From a virus: a stretch of DNA of 64,000 bases. The notes below the pieces were generated by a model. It was not told where the DNA came from, made no database searches, and saw nothing but the letters and a program-made list of their open reading frames with translations. The stretch spans positions 1 through 64,000 of the IMG/VR virus record IMGVR_UViG_3300032236_000765; one strand, written 5' to 3'. A program made the position numbers and the translations under genes. Shown one piece after another: positions 42,970-54,100 of the stretch; position 1 is the stretch's first letter, and each line of letters begins with the position of its first letter.

Positions 42970-43424
42970 TCATGTTCCTCCCAATCATTATATTCAACTT
43001 CAAACTGTTCTTTGAATCTATCTCTATAAATTTCTTTAGCGTGTTCTAAAAAAGTTTCATACAAATCATTTATATAATCTTCTTTGCTCATAAAATTCAA
43101 AGGATCAATTGCTTGCGTAAAGCAAATATTAGATGCATAAGTGAAATAGCTGTATTCTAATTTACTTTCTCTATCATAAATCTCATCAACTATAGATTTT
43201 TGAATAGGATTGTTTTTAGCATATTCTGATTTGACTTTTTTATCTTCTTGTTCAACTTCTTGACAGTAGATTTTATATTCAGCTAAAGTCATCTTTGAAA
43301 TCATTTCCTCAGTTTCGATTATGATGTCAGGAAGCTTTAGTTCTTTAAATCGTTTTACTCTCTGCTTTCTTTCTTCTTGAAATTTTTTATTTCTAGTAAT
43401 AGTATCTTCAATAATTTCAGTCAT
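42966..43424 (-). CDS. Hypothetical protein (very AT-rich)
   Basis: GGAG SD; composition differs from neighbours. Confidence 0.7.
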   Translation of the reverse strand: MTEIIEDTITRNKKFQEERKQRVKRFKELKLPDIIIETEEMISKMTLAEYKIYCQEVEQEDKKVKSEYAKNNPIQKSIVDEIYDRESKLEYSYFTYASNICFTQAIDPLNFMSKEDYINDLYETFLEHAKEIYRDRFKEQFEVEYNDWEEHE

Positions 43425-43443
43425 TTTTCAACTCCAAAATAGA

Positions 43444-44367
43444 TCATGACGTTAGTTCAACTAGTGTTGCTGCAAGACTGATTTCAGGGATACCGACGAG
43501 CGGCAGATTCGCAAGACCATTACGAATGATAATGATTGCAGCATCCTTCTTCTCTTGCGACTTGCCCCAGAGATCAAGATTGTCATACATGAATCGATAA
43601 CAATCTTCGATGCGGGTTGGATACAAACTGATGTACTGCATCAACTGCTGACGCCCTTCAAGAATATTTCCTGCTTTGAAAAGCTCAGTAGCAGCGATAA
43701 GAATCTCGTCCTCACTGGAACCTTGTGCTTGTGCAGGATGCAACTTGCCTGAAGTTGAGTTATGTTGTAACTGATTTAGGCACTTGCGAAGATCAGGATA
43801 AGTTGCACGAACATATGTGTCAAGGTCATCCAACTCAAATTCGATATTCTCTGTGATTAGCACCGTGGCTGCACGAGCAGTGAAGTCAGTCATATCAGGC
43901 TTTGCGATATGAAACTCATGGCAGCGAGACTTGAGTGCTGGAATGATCTTATGCTGATAGTTACAAGTCAGAATGTATCGCACCGTCTGATGATACGCTT
44001 CCATATCATTACGCAATGCTGCCTGAGCTGGCTGAGTCAGATAGTCAGCTTCGTCTAGAAGAACTACCTTGAACTTACCAAACGGCATAGTCTGAACGAA
44101 GCTATTGATACGTTCACGCAGATTGTCGATGCCATTCTCACGTGAAGCATTGATCTCTAGAACATCGAATTCTTCTACTCCCAGCTCATGAATGAGAACC
44201 TTAGCGAGCGTAGTCTTACCTGTACCCGGATCACCGCTCAACAGAAGATGGGGAATAGAACCATCACGAATCCAGAACTCGACTTGTTCCTTCTGACGGT
44301 CATTCACGAATACGTAGTCGCTCACCTTTTTAGGGCGATGCGCTTCTACCCAGAGTTTATTTTTCAC
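43444..44367 (-). CDS. Sliding-clamp loader subunit (T4 gp44/RFC-small-like)
   Basis: LWVE.HRP, GDPGTGKTT, INAS, LDEAD, SRC. Confidence 0.93.
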   Translation of the reverse strand: MKNKLWVEAHRPKKVSDYVFVNDRQKEQVEFWIRDGSIPHLLLSGDPGTGKTTLAKVLIHELGVEEFDVLEINASRENGIDNLRERINSFVQTMPFGKFKVVLLDEADYLTQPAQAALRNDMEAYHQTVRYILTCNYQHKIIPALKSRCHEFHIAKPDMTDFTARAATVLITENIEFELDDLDTYVRATYPDLRKCLNQLQHNSTSGKLHPAQAQGSSEDEILIAATELFKAGNILEGRQQLMQYISLYPTRIEDCYRFMYDNLDLWGKSQEKKDAAIIIIRNGLANLPLVGIPEISLAATLVELTS

Positions 44368-44370
44368 AGC

Positions 44371-44547
44371 TTAATCCTTCGGTTCATCAAACATCATTTT
44401 TAGCATAGGATCATCATTTGTGTCAACGTCTAATTTGTCCGATTGCTTGACTTCTTTATACATGGAATAGGCTAATGCGCCCATACCGATAAAGCCCATT
44501 ATGAATGGAATAGCCTTGACGAATCTATGCTTAAAATCTTCGTTCAT
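44371..44547 (-). CDS. Small single-TM protein (58 aa)
   Basis: MNEDFKHRFVKAIPFIMGFIGMGALAY; directly after promoter. Confidence 0.6.
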   Translation of the reverse strand: MNEDFKHRFVKAIPFIMGFIGMGALAYSMYKEVKQSDKLDVDTNDDPMLKMMFDEPKD

Positions 44548-44552
44548 GATGA

Positions 44553-44581
44553 ATTGTAGCTTTCTGAAGGGTAGGAGTCAA
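44553..44581 (-). promoter_or_regulatory. Sigma70-type promoter (clamp loader operon)
   Basis: TTGACT-N17-TACAAT. Confidence 0.8.
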
Positions 44582-44584
44582 GAT

Positions 44585-44614
44585 AAAAGTTGAGGGGAAT
44601 TTCTTCCCCTCAAC
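44585..44614 (-). terminator. Intrinsic terminator after groES
   Basis: GTTGAGGGGA...TCCCCTCAAC-TTTT. Confidence 0.85.
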
Positions 44615-44618
44615 CCAT

Positions 44619-44984
44619 TTAACTTACTTTGTCACTCATTGTATAATCGTTTACTTTTTCGTCACTTATTAATAAAATATCATTTGGATCTACCTTACGG
44701 ATTACTTTCTCGCCTTCATCGTCTTCAATAGTTTGTCCACGACTCCAACGACCGTGTGCTATCATAATATATTGACCAACTTCAACATCTTTTACATCAG
44801 GACCGATTGCATAGACTTGTGCCCAGCGCGGACGGATACCTGAACTTTTCATGTCATCATCGGGAAGTATAAGTCCACCCCGACTCAGACGCTCCTTAAA
44901 TTCCATTCCGTGGACTAGAATGGTATCCTTTAATGGTCTAATCTTTTTTACGCTAGTTACTGTTAAGTTTCGTCTATTTGACAT
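44619..44984 (-). CDS. groES: GroES-like co-chaperonin
   Basis: IRPLKD.ILV, GGLILP, VYAIGP, VEVG, DIL. Confidence 0.88.
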   Translation of the reverse strand: MSNRRNLTVTSVKKIRPLKDTILVHGMEFKERLSRGGLILPDDDMKSSGIRPRWAQVYAIGPDVKDVEVGQYIMIAHGRWSRGQTIEDDEGEKVIRKVDPNDILLISDEKVNDYTMSDKVS

Positions 44985-44986
44985 GT

Positions 44987-45391
44987 TTATTTAGTTTTCT
45001 TAGTTTGTTCATCCGGGATCACGAAATCAGGAGCTTCACTCGCAGGTTTGACTACTACCTTTTGTGCTTCTGCTGCCTTGATCATTTCAATCTCTGCATC
45101 AGCATGATCGTCTTCCAATTCTAACTCATCTGGATGGAGTTCTTCATTGGATACTGAATCGACCGTTGCTACATTTTCAGGTTTCATCACATTAGTAGCA
45201 CGATTAGATACTGTGCGTTGATATCCTTCTCCTACCTTTCTAGTCACAGGAACTATAACCTTTCCTTGACTATCAATGGTATCACCGCGAGCGTTGACTT
45301 TCATATTTCCTACTGCGCGTACATTTTCATTTTTTGAAGCTAGCTTGGTCATATCGACCATCTTGCCTAGTGCTGAACGATACTGTGGCAT
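44987..45391 (-). CDS. Hypothetical phage protein
   Basis: YRS..GK.VDM, AVGNMKVNARGD. Confidence 0.75.
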   Translation of the reverse strand: MPQYRSALGKMVDMTKLASKNENVRAVGNMKVNARGDTIDSQGKVIVPVTRKVGEGYQRTVSNRATNVMKPENVATVDSVSNEELHPDELELEDDHADAEIEMIKAAEAQKVVVKPASEAPDFVIPDEQTKKTK

Positions 45392-45434
45392 ATTGTTCTC
45401 CTTTATTCTTCTATTTATACTCGTATAACATCGA

Positions 45435-45944
45435 CTATTTTAAAAATTCATCAATAGACAGATCATAATAGAGCGAGTTAATACGATGTATTCCGATTAG
45501 GTACAATACGAAACTGCTAACACTGCTTCCCCTACCTACTCCCCAGATGATATTATGTTTTCGCATAATATCAACTAGGTATTTAAGGTATTTCAATAGC
45601 ATGAACATATCACGTTCTTGAAATAAGAGTAATTCTTCTCCGGCTCTTTGTAGTTCTGCTTCAGATTTACATTGATCTAGAACAAATTTAGCGATATCAA
45701 AATCTAGATATTCTTCGGGGAGGTACCAATTTTCTTTGCATTTAGTATCAAATTCTTCAACCGTCAAATCCTCATTGATTACATACTGAATCAGTTTTGG
45801 TATTTCATTTAGATTTAGAGATGGATCGAAGTTTACCCTATCATGGATAAGTACATTCTTTAGTACAATGTTAGGATTTTTCAGATATAGATCACACAAA
45901 TCTTTTTCTGAATATATTTGCTGTCCATACTTATCTGTAATCAT
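45435..45944 (-). CDS. Stand-alone fragment of family C DNA polymerase (DnaE)
   Basis: R..EEL..F, WGVGRGSSVSSFVLYLIGIHRIN...YDL....FLK*. Confidence 0.85.
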   Translation of the reverse strand: MITDKYGQQIYSEKDLCDLYLKNPNIVLKNVLIHDRVNFDPSLNLNEIPKLIQYVINEDLTVEEFDTKCKENWYLPEEYLDFDIAKFVLDQCKSEAELQRAGEELLLFQERDMFMLLKYLKYLVDIMRKHNIIWGVGRGSSVSSFVLYLIGIHRINSLYYDLSIDEFLK

Positions 45945-45975
45945 CTATATACTATGTCATGAAATAAAGAAATTG

Positions 45976-46539
45976 TCAATTTATTTGGATATTTTTTTCT
46001 TTCCAAGCAAGTCCTAATTCAGTCCAACTATTATCATCAAACAGTTTTACTACATTATCACGTTTTTTCACAGAGACATGTTCTTTACAGATGCCAATGC
46101 AGGGTCTGTTCCACCAGTGATCTCCGCTCATCACGTTCTCAGAAACTTCAGCTACGATATGATATCTTATTCCTTCACTCATCAACGATCCCATAGTCAT
46201 ATCTGTGATGACTATCCTATTTTCCATGATCGCATTTAATTTTTGTAATATCACCATAGCGATGATTTGATCAACGGGTTCTTGTGGAAGCTCGCAAATT
46301 TTGATTCCTGCTTTTTTGTATTTCTTGATGCTAGCTGTTTCAGCATCATGTATCAATAGTGAGTTTTGCAAGATTGATTCAAGGAAATGATTGATTCTCT
46401 CTAATGCGATTGATTGTTCTCTGACGGAGGCGGTCTCGACTAGCATAGATGCAGTTGCCTCATAGGTATTCACATAGAAATTGCCATTGAGATGAACGGC
46501 TGCTTGAAAGAAAAAGTCTTTATCAATTCTTGTGGTCAT
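45976..46539 (-). CDS. Hypothetical protein
   Basis: 187-aa ORF in operon. Confidence 0.7.
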   Translation of the reverse strand: MTTRIDKDFFFQAAVHLNGNFYVNTYEATASMLVETASVREQSIALERINHFLESILQNSLLIHDAETASIKKYKKAGIKICELPQEPVDQIIAMVILQKLNAIMENRIVITDMTMGSLMSEGIRYHIVAEVSENVMSGDHWWNRPCIGICKEHVSVKKRDNVVKLFDDNSWTELGLAWKEKNIQIN

Positions 46540-46774
46540 TTTCAGATTGAATATTGATCTTGTTATTTAGTTTCTGCTTTTCAAATATCTCATCCATTTT
46601 TTTACGATACTGATTCTTATATGTTTCAAGAATCAATTGAAGCTGCTGAATCATTGGACCATTACCGGTTCTATACGCAAATGTTAATTTATTTGTTAGC
46701 TCAGAAACAGTCTCTTGTAATTCTTCTAGAGTTTTTTTATCTAGCTCAACTTTATTTACGAATGGATGTTCCAT
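46523..46774 (-). CDS. Small helical hypothetical protein
   Basis: MEHPF start; coupled to upstream gene. Confidence 0.7.
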   Translation of the reverse strand: MEHPFVNKVELDKKTLEELQETVSELTNKLTFAYRTGNGPMIQQLQLILETYKNQYRKKMDEIFEKQKLNNKINIQSENDHKN

Positions 46775-46775
46775 A

Positions 46776-47816
46776 TTACCAACCGGTTAAGCTAACTCTA
46801 GTCCAGATATTAGAACCAATATATGCAGTTAATACAGCATTTACGTTAGATTTATTATTTGGAGTAAAAACTGCCCCTGCTGTACCGCCTGTTCTAGTCG
46901 TGCTAATCGTGATATTAGGCGATGAGATAGTCTTGATATAATACACAGTATTCGCTACTAGATTAGTATTAGCTGTATCAACACTACCGCTAAAGATTAT
47001 AGGAGCATTAGTTGCTAGACTGGTTGTATTGTTCAATGTGATGACATTGCCGGTCGCATATGTATTAATTACTGTCTTGTTATATACCGTAGAATTGAAT
47101 GAAGAGGTACAAACATAGAAGTAGTTTGCGTCAACTGCTACTGTACCTTCTACATCTCCAGGAAGTCCAGTAGGAGGAGGAGTTCTCTGTTGAATTTCAG
47201 TAGATTGAAAAGGACGATTGATTGGTTCTACTGTGATTGTGTTACCGCAATCAATCGTAGAGAACCGAAGCTCAATGATATTCACATTAGCCGGAGCACT
47301 AATCGTTGCAACTCCGCCTACGTTAGCATAATTTTCGAGTAGCGTGACTCCGAAATTGTTGTTAGAACTGATGCAACTACTAGGAAGGGAAATGTATGCA
47401 GGATTGCTATTTGCGAAAGTCAACCTCAGTACAACATTGCTCTGTGTGTTCGTAGGAGCCCAGTTACCGAACTGAAGCACGATGTTTCCTTGCAGCGCAC
47501 CGAATTGAACGTCTGCCCTGTTCACATCAACTAACACTGTACCAGCTAACGCATTACCTAGATTATATGTAGTCGCTCTGAATCCGCTCGTAGATGCATT
47601 ACTGATCAGAGCATTACCCATATCATTGTTGAGGTTGCTATTATTCAGCGCAGCCTTGAGAACTGCCTTAGATTGTAAGTCAGTGATTTCTCCTGCACCC
47701 GTGTTTAGCTGGGTTGCGATTTGAGCAAAATTATCTCTGAATCCCTGAGAACTATTATTCTGTCCCGGGATTGGATAGTTTACGTTGATTCCGTTTGTAT
47801 TGATCTGGCTAGTCAT
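46776..47816 (-). CDS. Virion tail/baseplate structural protein
   Basis: YP.PGQNN.SQGFRDNF; C-terminal D.NYFYVC...IWTRV.L..W; CTAAATA promoter. Confidence 0.75.
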   Translation of the reverse strand: MTSQINTNGINVNYPIPGQNNSSQGFRDNFAQIATQLNTGAGEITDLQSKAVLKAALNNSNLNNDMGNALISNASTSGFRATTYNLGNALAGTVLVDVNRADVQFGALQGNIVLQFGNWAPTNTQSNVVLRLTFANSNPAYISLPSSCISSNNNFGVTLLENYANVGGVATISAPANVNIIELRFSTIDCGNTITVEPINRPFQSTEIQQRTPPPTGLPGDVEGTVAVDANYFYVCTSSFNSTVYNKTVINTYATGNVITLNNTTSLATNAPIIFSGSVDTANTNLVANTVYYIKTISSPNITISTTRTGGTAGAVFTPNNKSNVNAVLTAYIGSNIWTRVSLTGW

Positions 47817-47838
47817 ATTTCCCTATTCCGTAATGTAT

Positions 47839-50490
47839 TTAGTATTGTGTAGTACCGGGCAAAATTGTTTGCTGTTCAAACAATACATAGAAATCTTTAG
47901 CATCGACTGGTGTGGGTGTTGGATCAGCACTAGGCAATGCAGTCCAAGCCGGAGGACTAAGGGTGTTATCAAAGTTATAAGTAGCACTCTTGTTCACGCT
48001 GAATCTGTCGATCTTAAAATTGATCAGATTTAATGCCTGCTTCTCGCCTATCGGATTTAACCAATTATTCTGAATCTGATACTGAATGTATTGCGCATAA
48101 CTCACTTCAGTTCCATCAGGTAATGTAGTCAATCCTGGCTTGCAATAAGCGATGACCCAAGCCGGAGTGAATCCTAATGTAGATCCATTTCTCTGTTGAC
48201 TCGTCATCCAGAGGGGCAATATTTCATAATTCTGATTTTGTCCTAATACATCTACAACTTGTTGGCGCATATTTGGAAGTGAGTTTGGATATACTGTTCT
48301 TACATAACCAGGTGTTCTACTAGTATAAAGCAATTCACCATTTGGAGTATTATTCCAAGAAGTAAAGATCGTATCTTCACTATCATACCAAGGACCTAAA
48401 TATAGGGGTATCGGGCGTTGCCAGTATATTTGTTTAGCGACGCTCTCACCTTGCGGAATGATAATATTAGACTGAGATTCATATTCATACTTACCCTCAA
48501 TCTCATTGTAGTTCACGAGATTATCATAGACTTCACTGTAAACAACTTCATACAAAATCTCTCCGGTATAATCATTACGTGCAATAGCAGTCTTGATCTC
48601 TCCTAAAGTGAGTTGTCTCCAATAATGATTCTTTGTGATAGCTGCAAGATACTGATCTATGCCACTCGCATTGATACCATATGCATGTTCATATATGACG
48701 CTAGTCGCTTTACCAAAGAAAATATCATCTGAACGATACAGATAATCAGGTGGAATAAGCGTATCATTATCCAGAAGTGTAGCAAGTAAGTTTCTATCTG
48801 CTATACTAGGAGTGCATTTGATATAGAGAATGTCAGTAGGATTTGGAAACTGTTGATACACAGTCAATGTAAATGTCTGTGATGATGAGATTGAAGCAAA
48901 TTGCGTCGAAAAAGCCTGAACTGTAAATGTAAAGGTTGCAGATGCATCTGGATTCTGAAAAGTATTCTCAGGTTGAAAGGCTACAATTCCTGATAATTCC
49001 CCGTTTGGTAATAGGGTTAGATTGGGAGGAAGTGTACCGGATGTCAATCTATATTGCAAGTCTATATCACTTGTTGCTTTTACATAAGCCATACTAGGTA
49101 AACCGTTAAAAACAGTTCCTAGGTCAGCAGGACTTATCCAAACGATGTCACCGTTTATATTAGTGATCACCCTGAATACAAAAGTAAAGGTGGGAGAAGA
49201 TATATTAGTCACTGTTCCTAATACGACTTTAGTTACTGATACGCTAAAAGTAAATTCACTAACTGTATTAGGACTGATGACAGGATTACCTGTGATCCAT
49301 CCAGTAGTAGCATTTCCTGTCAACCCTAGCGGCAAAGAACTAAAATTATATTGTAAGTCATTACCATCAAAATCATGACCTAATATACTAAAATTAAATT
49401 TATTATTGCTGCTTATAGTACCAATGAATGCAGGTTGATTAGGTGGATAAGTTGTTCCATTGCCGTTAGCTGGCAATACATAATATCCAAATTCTGTGAT
49501 ATTGCGATCTAGTTGAAAAGTCTCAGGGCGAGTATTATAGATTGCAGGAATTCTGGTATTTGGTCCGTATCCAGGACCACCCTGTTGTACTGGAGTATTT
49601 TGATTTACTACAGAGATAGAATAGCTTTGAATATCACTACCTAATGCACTATCTAATTTAAGCACGAAGTTAAAAGTTTTACTAGTAGGTTGTCCTTGGG
49701 TTATACTAGGTAATAGTATAGGCATATAACCTGAACTATCAATGAATGTAACGATCGGACCATTCACAGTATTTGATACAGTAAATTGTGTTCCGTTGAT
49801 CACAGAAGCAATATAGTATGTTTGATTGGGGACGATTCCTCCGAAGGAAGTACCTGAAAAAACGATAGGTCTTCCAGCAATAAAATTTGCCGTATTCAGA
49901 CAAGTGATAATGTTACTGCTGACTGCGGTAGCAACAGTAGATACAGGTGATAGATTCACGTTGACGAGAGGCGGCTGAGCATATCCCCTTATCAATCCAT
50001 ATTCATTTATTTCTAATCCGGGTGGTAGTTCACCCGCAACTACTCTAATTATGACAGGATTCGTAGAGATAGGATTGTTATACTCGATTGGAATCTCGAC
50101 CCAAGTACTATCTAGAAAACTATTAGGCTGTGTGTTAGACCATGGATTAGGATTAGGAATAGGACCCGGAGTTGTAGTGAAAGTAGGATGAGCGATGCCT
50201 GATATGGTCATACTAAATGTATTATCTCGAATATTCTGATAGTTATCAGTTGCTCGTACTACAAAGGTATATGTTGTTGCTGCGACTACCGCTGCTGGAA
50301 CTCCAGATATCAATCCATTGACATTCATCGTCACGCCTGAAGGTAAACCTCCGCTAATGATTTGATATGATATCGATACTGCTGGTAAAACCGCAGATGC
50401 AGATAATTGGAAAACAACAGGCTTCAATGAGTTTCCTGATGGAAACGATCCGATAGAGCCAGTTGGTGTATTCCAGATTGGTTGTGCCAT
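47839..50490 (-). CDS. Structural protein with repeated Ig-like domains (baseplate-associated)
   Basis: Repeated SG.LP.G.T....G.ISG.P...YTF.V.A. Confidence 0.75.
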   Translation of the reverse strand: MAQPIWNTPTGSIGSFPSGNSLKPVVFQLSASAVLPAVSISYQIISGGLPSGVTMNVNGLISGVPAAVVAATTYTFVVRATDNYQNIRDNTFSMTISGIAHPTFTTTPGPIPNPNPWSNTQPNSFLDSTWVEIPIEYNNPISTNPVIIRVVAGELPPGLEINEYGLIRGYAQPPLVNVNLSPVSTVATAVSSNIITCLNTANFIAGRPIVFSGTSFGGIVPNQTYYIASVINGTQFTVSNTVNGPIVTFIDSSGYMPILLPSITQGQPTSKTFNFVLKLDSALGSDIQSYSISVVNQNTPVQQGGPGYGPNTRIPAIYNTRPETFQLDRNITEFGYYVLPANGNGTTYPPNQPAFIGTISSNNKFNFSILGHDFDGNDLQYNFSSLPLGLTGNATTGWITGNPVISPNTVSEFTFSVSVTKVVLGTVTNISSPTFTFVFRVITNINGDIVWISPADLGTVFNGLPSMAYVKATSDIDLQYRLTSGTLPPNLTLLPNGELSGIVAFQPENTFQNPDASATFTFTVQAFSTQFASISSSQTFTLTVYQQFPNPTDILYIKCTPSIADRNLLATLLDNDTLIPPDYLYRSDDIFFGKATSVIYEHAYGINASGIDQYLAAITKNHYWRQLTLGEIKTAIARNDYTGEILYEVVYSEVYDNLVNYNEIEGKYEYESQSNIIIPQGESVAKQIYWQRPIPLYLGPWYDSEDTIFTSWNNTPNGELLYTSRTPGYVRTVYPNSLPNMRQQVVDVLGQNQNYEILPLWMTSQQRNGSTLGFTPAWVIAYCKPGLTTLPDGTEVSYAQYIQYQIQNNWLNPIGEKQALNLINFKIDRFSVNKSATYNFDNTLSPPAWTALPSADPTPTPVDAKDFYVLFEQQTILPGTTQY

Positions 50491-50502
50491 AATATTTTTC
50501 TT

Positions 50503-51123
50503 TTAGCTAAGTGCTCTCAGTGCTATCGCATAGTGAGCTTTTCTATCTTCTAGTCCAATCGTACCGCCGTTGATGCGTTTAGTCAAACCTACAAAATCAT
50601 CCTTATCAGCGTATATACTTAATTTATTTGCATCCCAGAACCAACCGGCACTCGCAACAGCACCTTCGGGCGTCTCTAGGTAGGTTACTGCTTCATCAAG
50701 TGTCTTATGGATTGAGTTTGCAAACTTAGTGTAATTTGATTTACCAGTCAACTGTATCAAGCCACGACCACAAAACTTATAGCCATCTCCTGATGCTTCA
50801 TCACCATTACCCATACGATTTGCATATACCTTGTTTGCGATTTTCTGTGGATTGCGGGCATAAGGTTGTGCAGATGCTACTGTAGGAAAATACTTTTTGA
50901 ATATGCGATTCAATGCTTCTGCGCTATAATTAAGTCCTTCTTTAGTGAAGTTGAATCCACCTGATTCATGTGCTACTTGTGCAAGAAATGCAGCCATGCG
51001 TTTTGTGTTTTCATATAGACCGAAGTGCTCTCCTACAGTATTGAGGGGATCAACATACTTTTGAAGAATAGGTTGTTTGGTTGTTGGACAAAGATGTCTT
51101 AATAAATCTATAGTTACTTCCAT
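50503..51123 (-). CDS. Glycoside hydrolase family 19 endolysin
   Basis: FLAQVAHESGG, GRGLIQLTG, TKRINGG..GL.DR. Confidence 0.93.
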   Translation of the reverse strand: MEVTIDLLRHLCPTTKQPILQKYVDPLNTVGEHFGLYENTKRMAAFLAQVAHESGGFNFTKEGLNYSAEALNRIFKKYFPTVASAQPYARNPQKIANKVYANRMGNGDEASGDGYKFCGRGLIQLTGKSNYTKFANSIHKTLDEAVTYLETPEGAVASAGWFWDANKLSIYADKDDFVGLTKRINGGTIGLEDRKAHYAIALRALS

Positions 51124-51144
51124 GTATACTTCCTTTTTTATTTC

Positions 51145-54100
51145 TTATGCGTAAGTTGCGCCGACTGTATACCACTGACTTGTAGTTGGGGCAATGAATT
51201 GTAATGTTGCTCCTCCCGGAATAGATAGGGAAGAATTTGTAGCTAAAGAGTTGATTATTCCTCCTGAAGCCGGATAAACATTCAATGCATTGGCAGTAGT
51301 ATTTGTGATGTAAACTACAGCACCAGCTACTGCTGGTAATTGTACTCCATTAGCACCAGATGTCACTGTGCTTACCACATTGATTTCTTTAGTGAGAATA
51401 GTTGCTGTTCCTTGAGTAGAACCAGCTGCTGTGATACCTGTACCTGTAGAACGAATAACATAACTGCTAGCAGAAAAATTGTTAGCATACACATTTGACC
51501 ATCTATTACCTGAACCGCCTAATGTGACTGTGTTATCAACTAATGGGAATAAGTTTCCTGAACTATCTATAACTATTCTACCTGGAACACTAGTAGCACT
51601 AGTGGTATTAGTACCGGTACCAAATGTAATTCCACCTTGAACAGCACCATTAAACTGAATGAAGCCCATCCATGTACTGTCAACTTTTTGTTGTAAACGA
51701 CTACCGGCTGTTGTCCAATCAGCACCGGCAGCATACCTAGTGTTAGTTATTTCAAGATAGTCTGCATTACTATCTGTGCTATAATATGTAGTATGTAATA
51801 TTTGGTTTCCGACAGATGTTCCTAATGAACCGCCGGTTTGACTAAACTTAAAGCTGTTAACTTGTGAAGTACTACCTACAGCAACATAGCCACTAGACGA
51901 TGCTAAGTTACTAGTACCTGATATAGTCACTGCACTGAGTGTACCAACAGATGTGATATTTGGTTGAGAAGCAGTTGTTACTGTACCAGCATTAGTTGCG
52001 CTTGTTACAGCACCAGTTACATTACTACCTTGAATGTTACTCAAGTTATTACCTGAACCAATAAAGTAATTTGCAGTTACCGCATTACCTAAGTTAGCAT
52101 TTCCAGCAGTAATGTTACCAGTAGCAGTGAATATTCCATTTCCGAATGTAGTATTTGCGGTGGAATTTCCTACAATCAATGAAGTTAGATTGCCAACTGA
52201 TGTAATATTTGGTTGAGATGAGGAACCTGTAGTCAATGTACCTGCTAAGTATGAAGCTGATACTAGATTTGCACCAGACAACTGAGATGCAGCCCCGCTC
52301 ATAGTAATGGTGCCATTTGCTACAAATGTCAAGCCAGTAAATGAGCTACTCACCGATGTAATATTTGGTTGAGAAGCAGTTGTTAGAGTACCAGTCAAAT
52401 AAGTAGCACTCAACAAGTTACCACCTGTAATGTTACCTGCACTTGTTAGTATAATTATTCCATTTCCAAATGTAGCGTTTGCAGTAGCATTACCTACAGT
52501 CAAATTAGAGAGTGTACCAACTGATGTGATATTTGGTTGAGTTGAGGAACCTGTAGTCAGTGTACCTGCCAAGTAAGGAGCACTCAACAAGTTACCACCT
52601 GTAATGTTACCTGCACTTGGTAGCGTAATCGTTCCATTTCCAAATGTAGAATTTGCAGTAGTATTACCTACAACCAATGAAGTGAGTGTACCAACAGATG
52701 TGATATTTGGTTGAGAAGCAGTCGTTACTGTACCGGCAAAATTTGCAGTGTTAGAAGATGCTACAGTACCTGATACATTACCGCCTTGAATGTTGCTGAT
52801 ATTTCCACCTTCACCCTGCAACTGTCCTGCATTCACTTTATTAGTTACACTCAATGAACCGAGTGTACCTATAGAAGTAATATTTGGTTGAGATGAGGAA
52901 CCTGTAGTCAGTGTACCTGCTAAGTAAGTAGCTGATACTAGATTTGCACCAGACAACTGAGATGCGGCACCACTCATAGTAATGTTGCCATTTGCTACAA
53001 ATGTCAAGCCAGTAAATGAACTACTTACTGATGTAATATTTGATTGTGAACTTGCAGTTACTGTACCTGCTGTACCTGCGGTAGCTGCTGCCAAGTTAGC
53101 AACAGTCGTAGTCGAATACACGACTAATGGAGCACCCGTTGATGCAGTAGAAATTAGCTGTCCAGTTACGTTAGCATTACCAGCATTAACATTACCAGTA
53201 CCATTAACTACACCTGAACCAAAATTCAGATTACCTACGTTAGCATTACTGGTAACACCGAGATTACCGAGTGTACCTATAGAAGTGATGTTCGGCTGAG
53301 AAGCAGTCGTTAATGTACCGCCCAACAGTGTAGCATTTAGTGTACCTGATGCAACTGCTACGTTGATATTCGTGTTTGCAGCTATAGCGATATTGCCACT
53401 AGTAGCACTCATCAGTCCGAGATAATATGTTCCTGTGCTTGTAGCAGCAGTTACTGCATAATTTGCTACGTTAGCATTTGGTACCCAACCTGTTACATTA
53501 GCACCGACAATAGAACTTAGTCCATTGCCGTTACCAGAGAATATACCTGTATTAGCAATGATATTGGGTGCTGTGATATTTCCGCTCACTCCTAACGAAG
53601 TTAGCGTACCAACTGATGTGATATTTGCTTGAGAAGCAGTTGTTAGAGTACCAGTCAAGTAAGTAGCACTCAACAAGTTACCACCGGTGATAGTACCTGC
53701 ACTTGGTAGCGTAATCGTTCCATTTCCGAATGTAGTATTTGCAGTGGAATTTCCTACAGTCAAGTTAGAGAGTGTACCAACTGATGTAATATTTGATTGT
53801 GAACTTGCAGTTACTGTACCAGCAGTTGTTGCAGCACCACTCAATGCACCAACGAAAGTAGTTGCAGTGATAGAGTTGTTTGATAGGTTGGCACTAATAC
53901 CTGTATTGATTACTGCTGATGAATACCCGTTAGCTGCTGAAGTAGTAAATGTTGGATAAACTGTAGCAGCAGTTGAAGTATTTTGTAGTAGAGCAGCAGC
54001 ACTTGCAGCATAGTTTGCATTTGCTACAGCACCGGTTACACTGCTAGCTTGAAGATTACTCAAGTTGTTACCTGAACCAATGAAGTAATTTGCAGTTACC

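Noticed and set aside
45976-46539. QueD/6-pyruvoyl-tetrahydropterin synthase call
   Set aside because: Only a vague resemblance; the metal-binding His motif is not present
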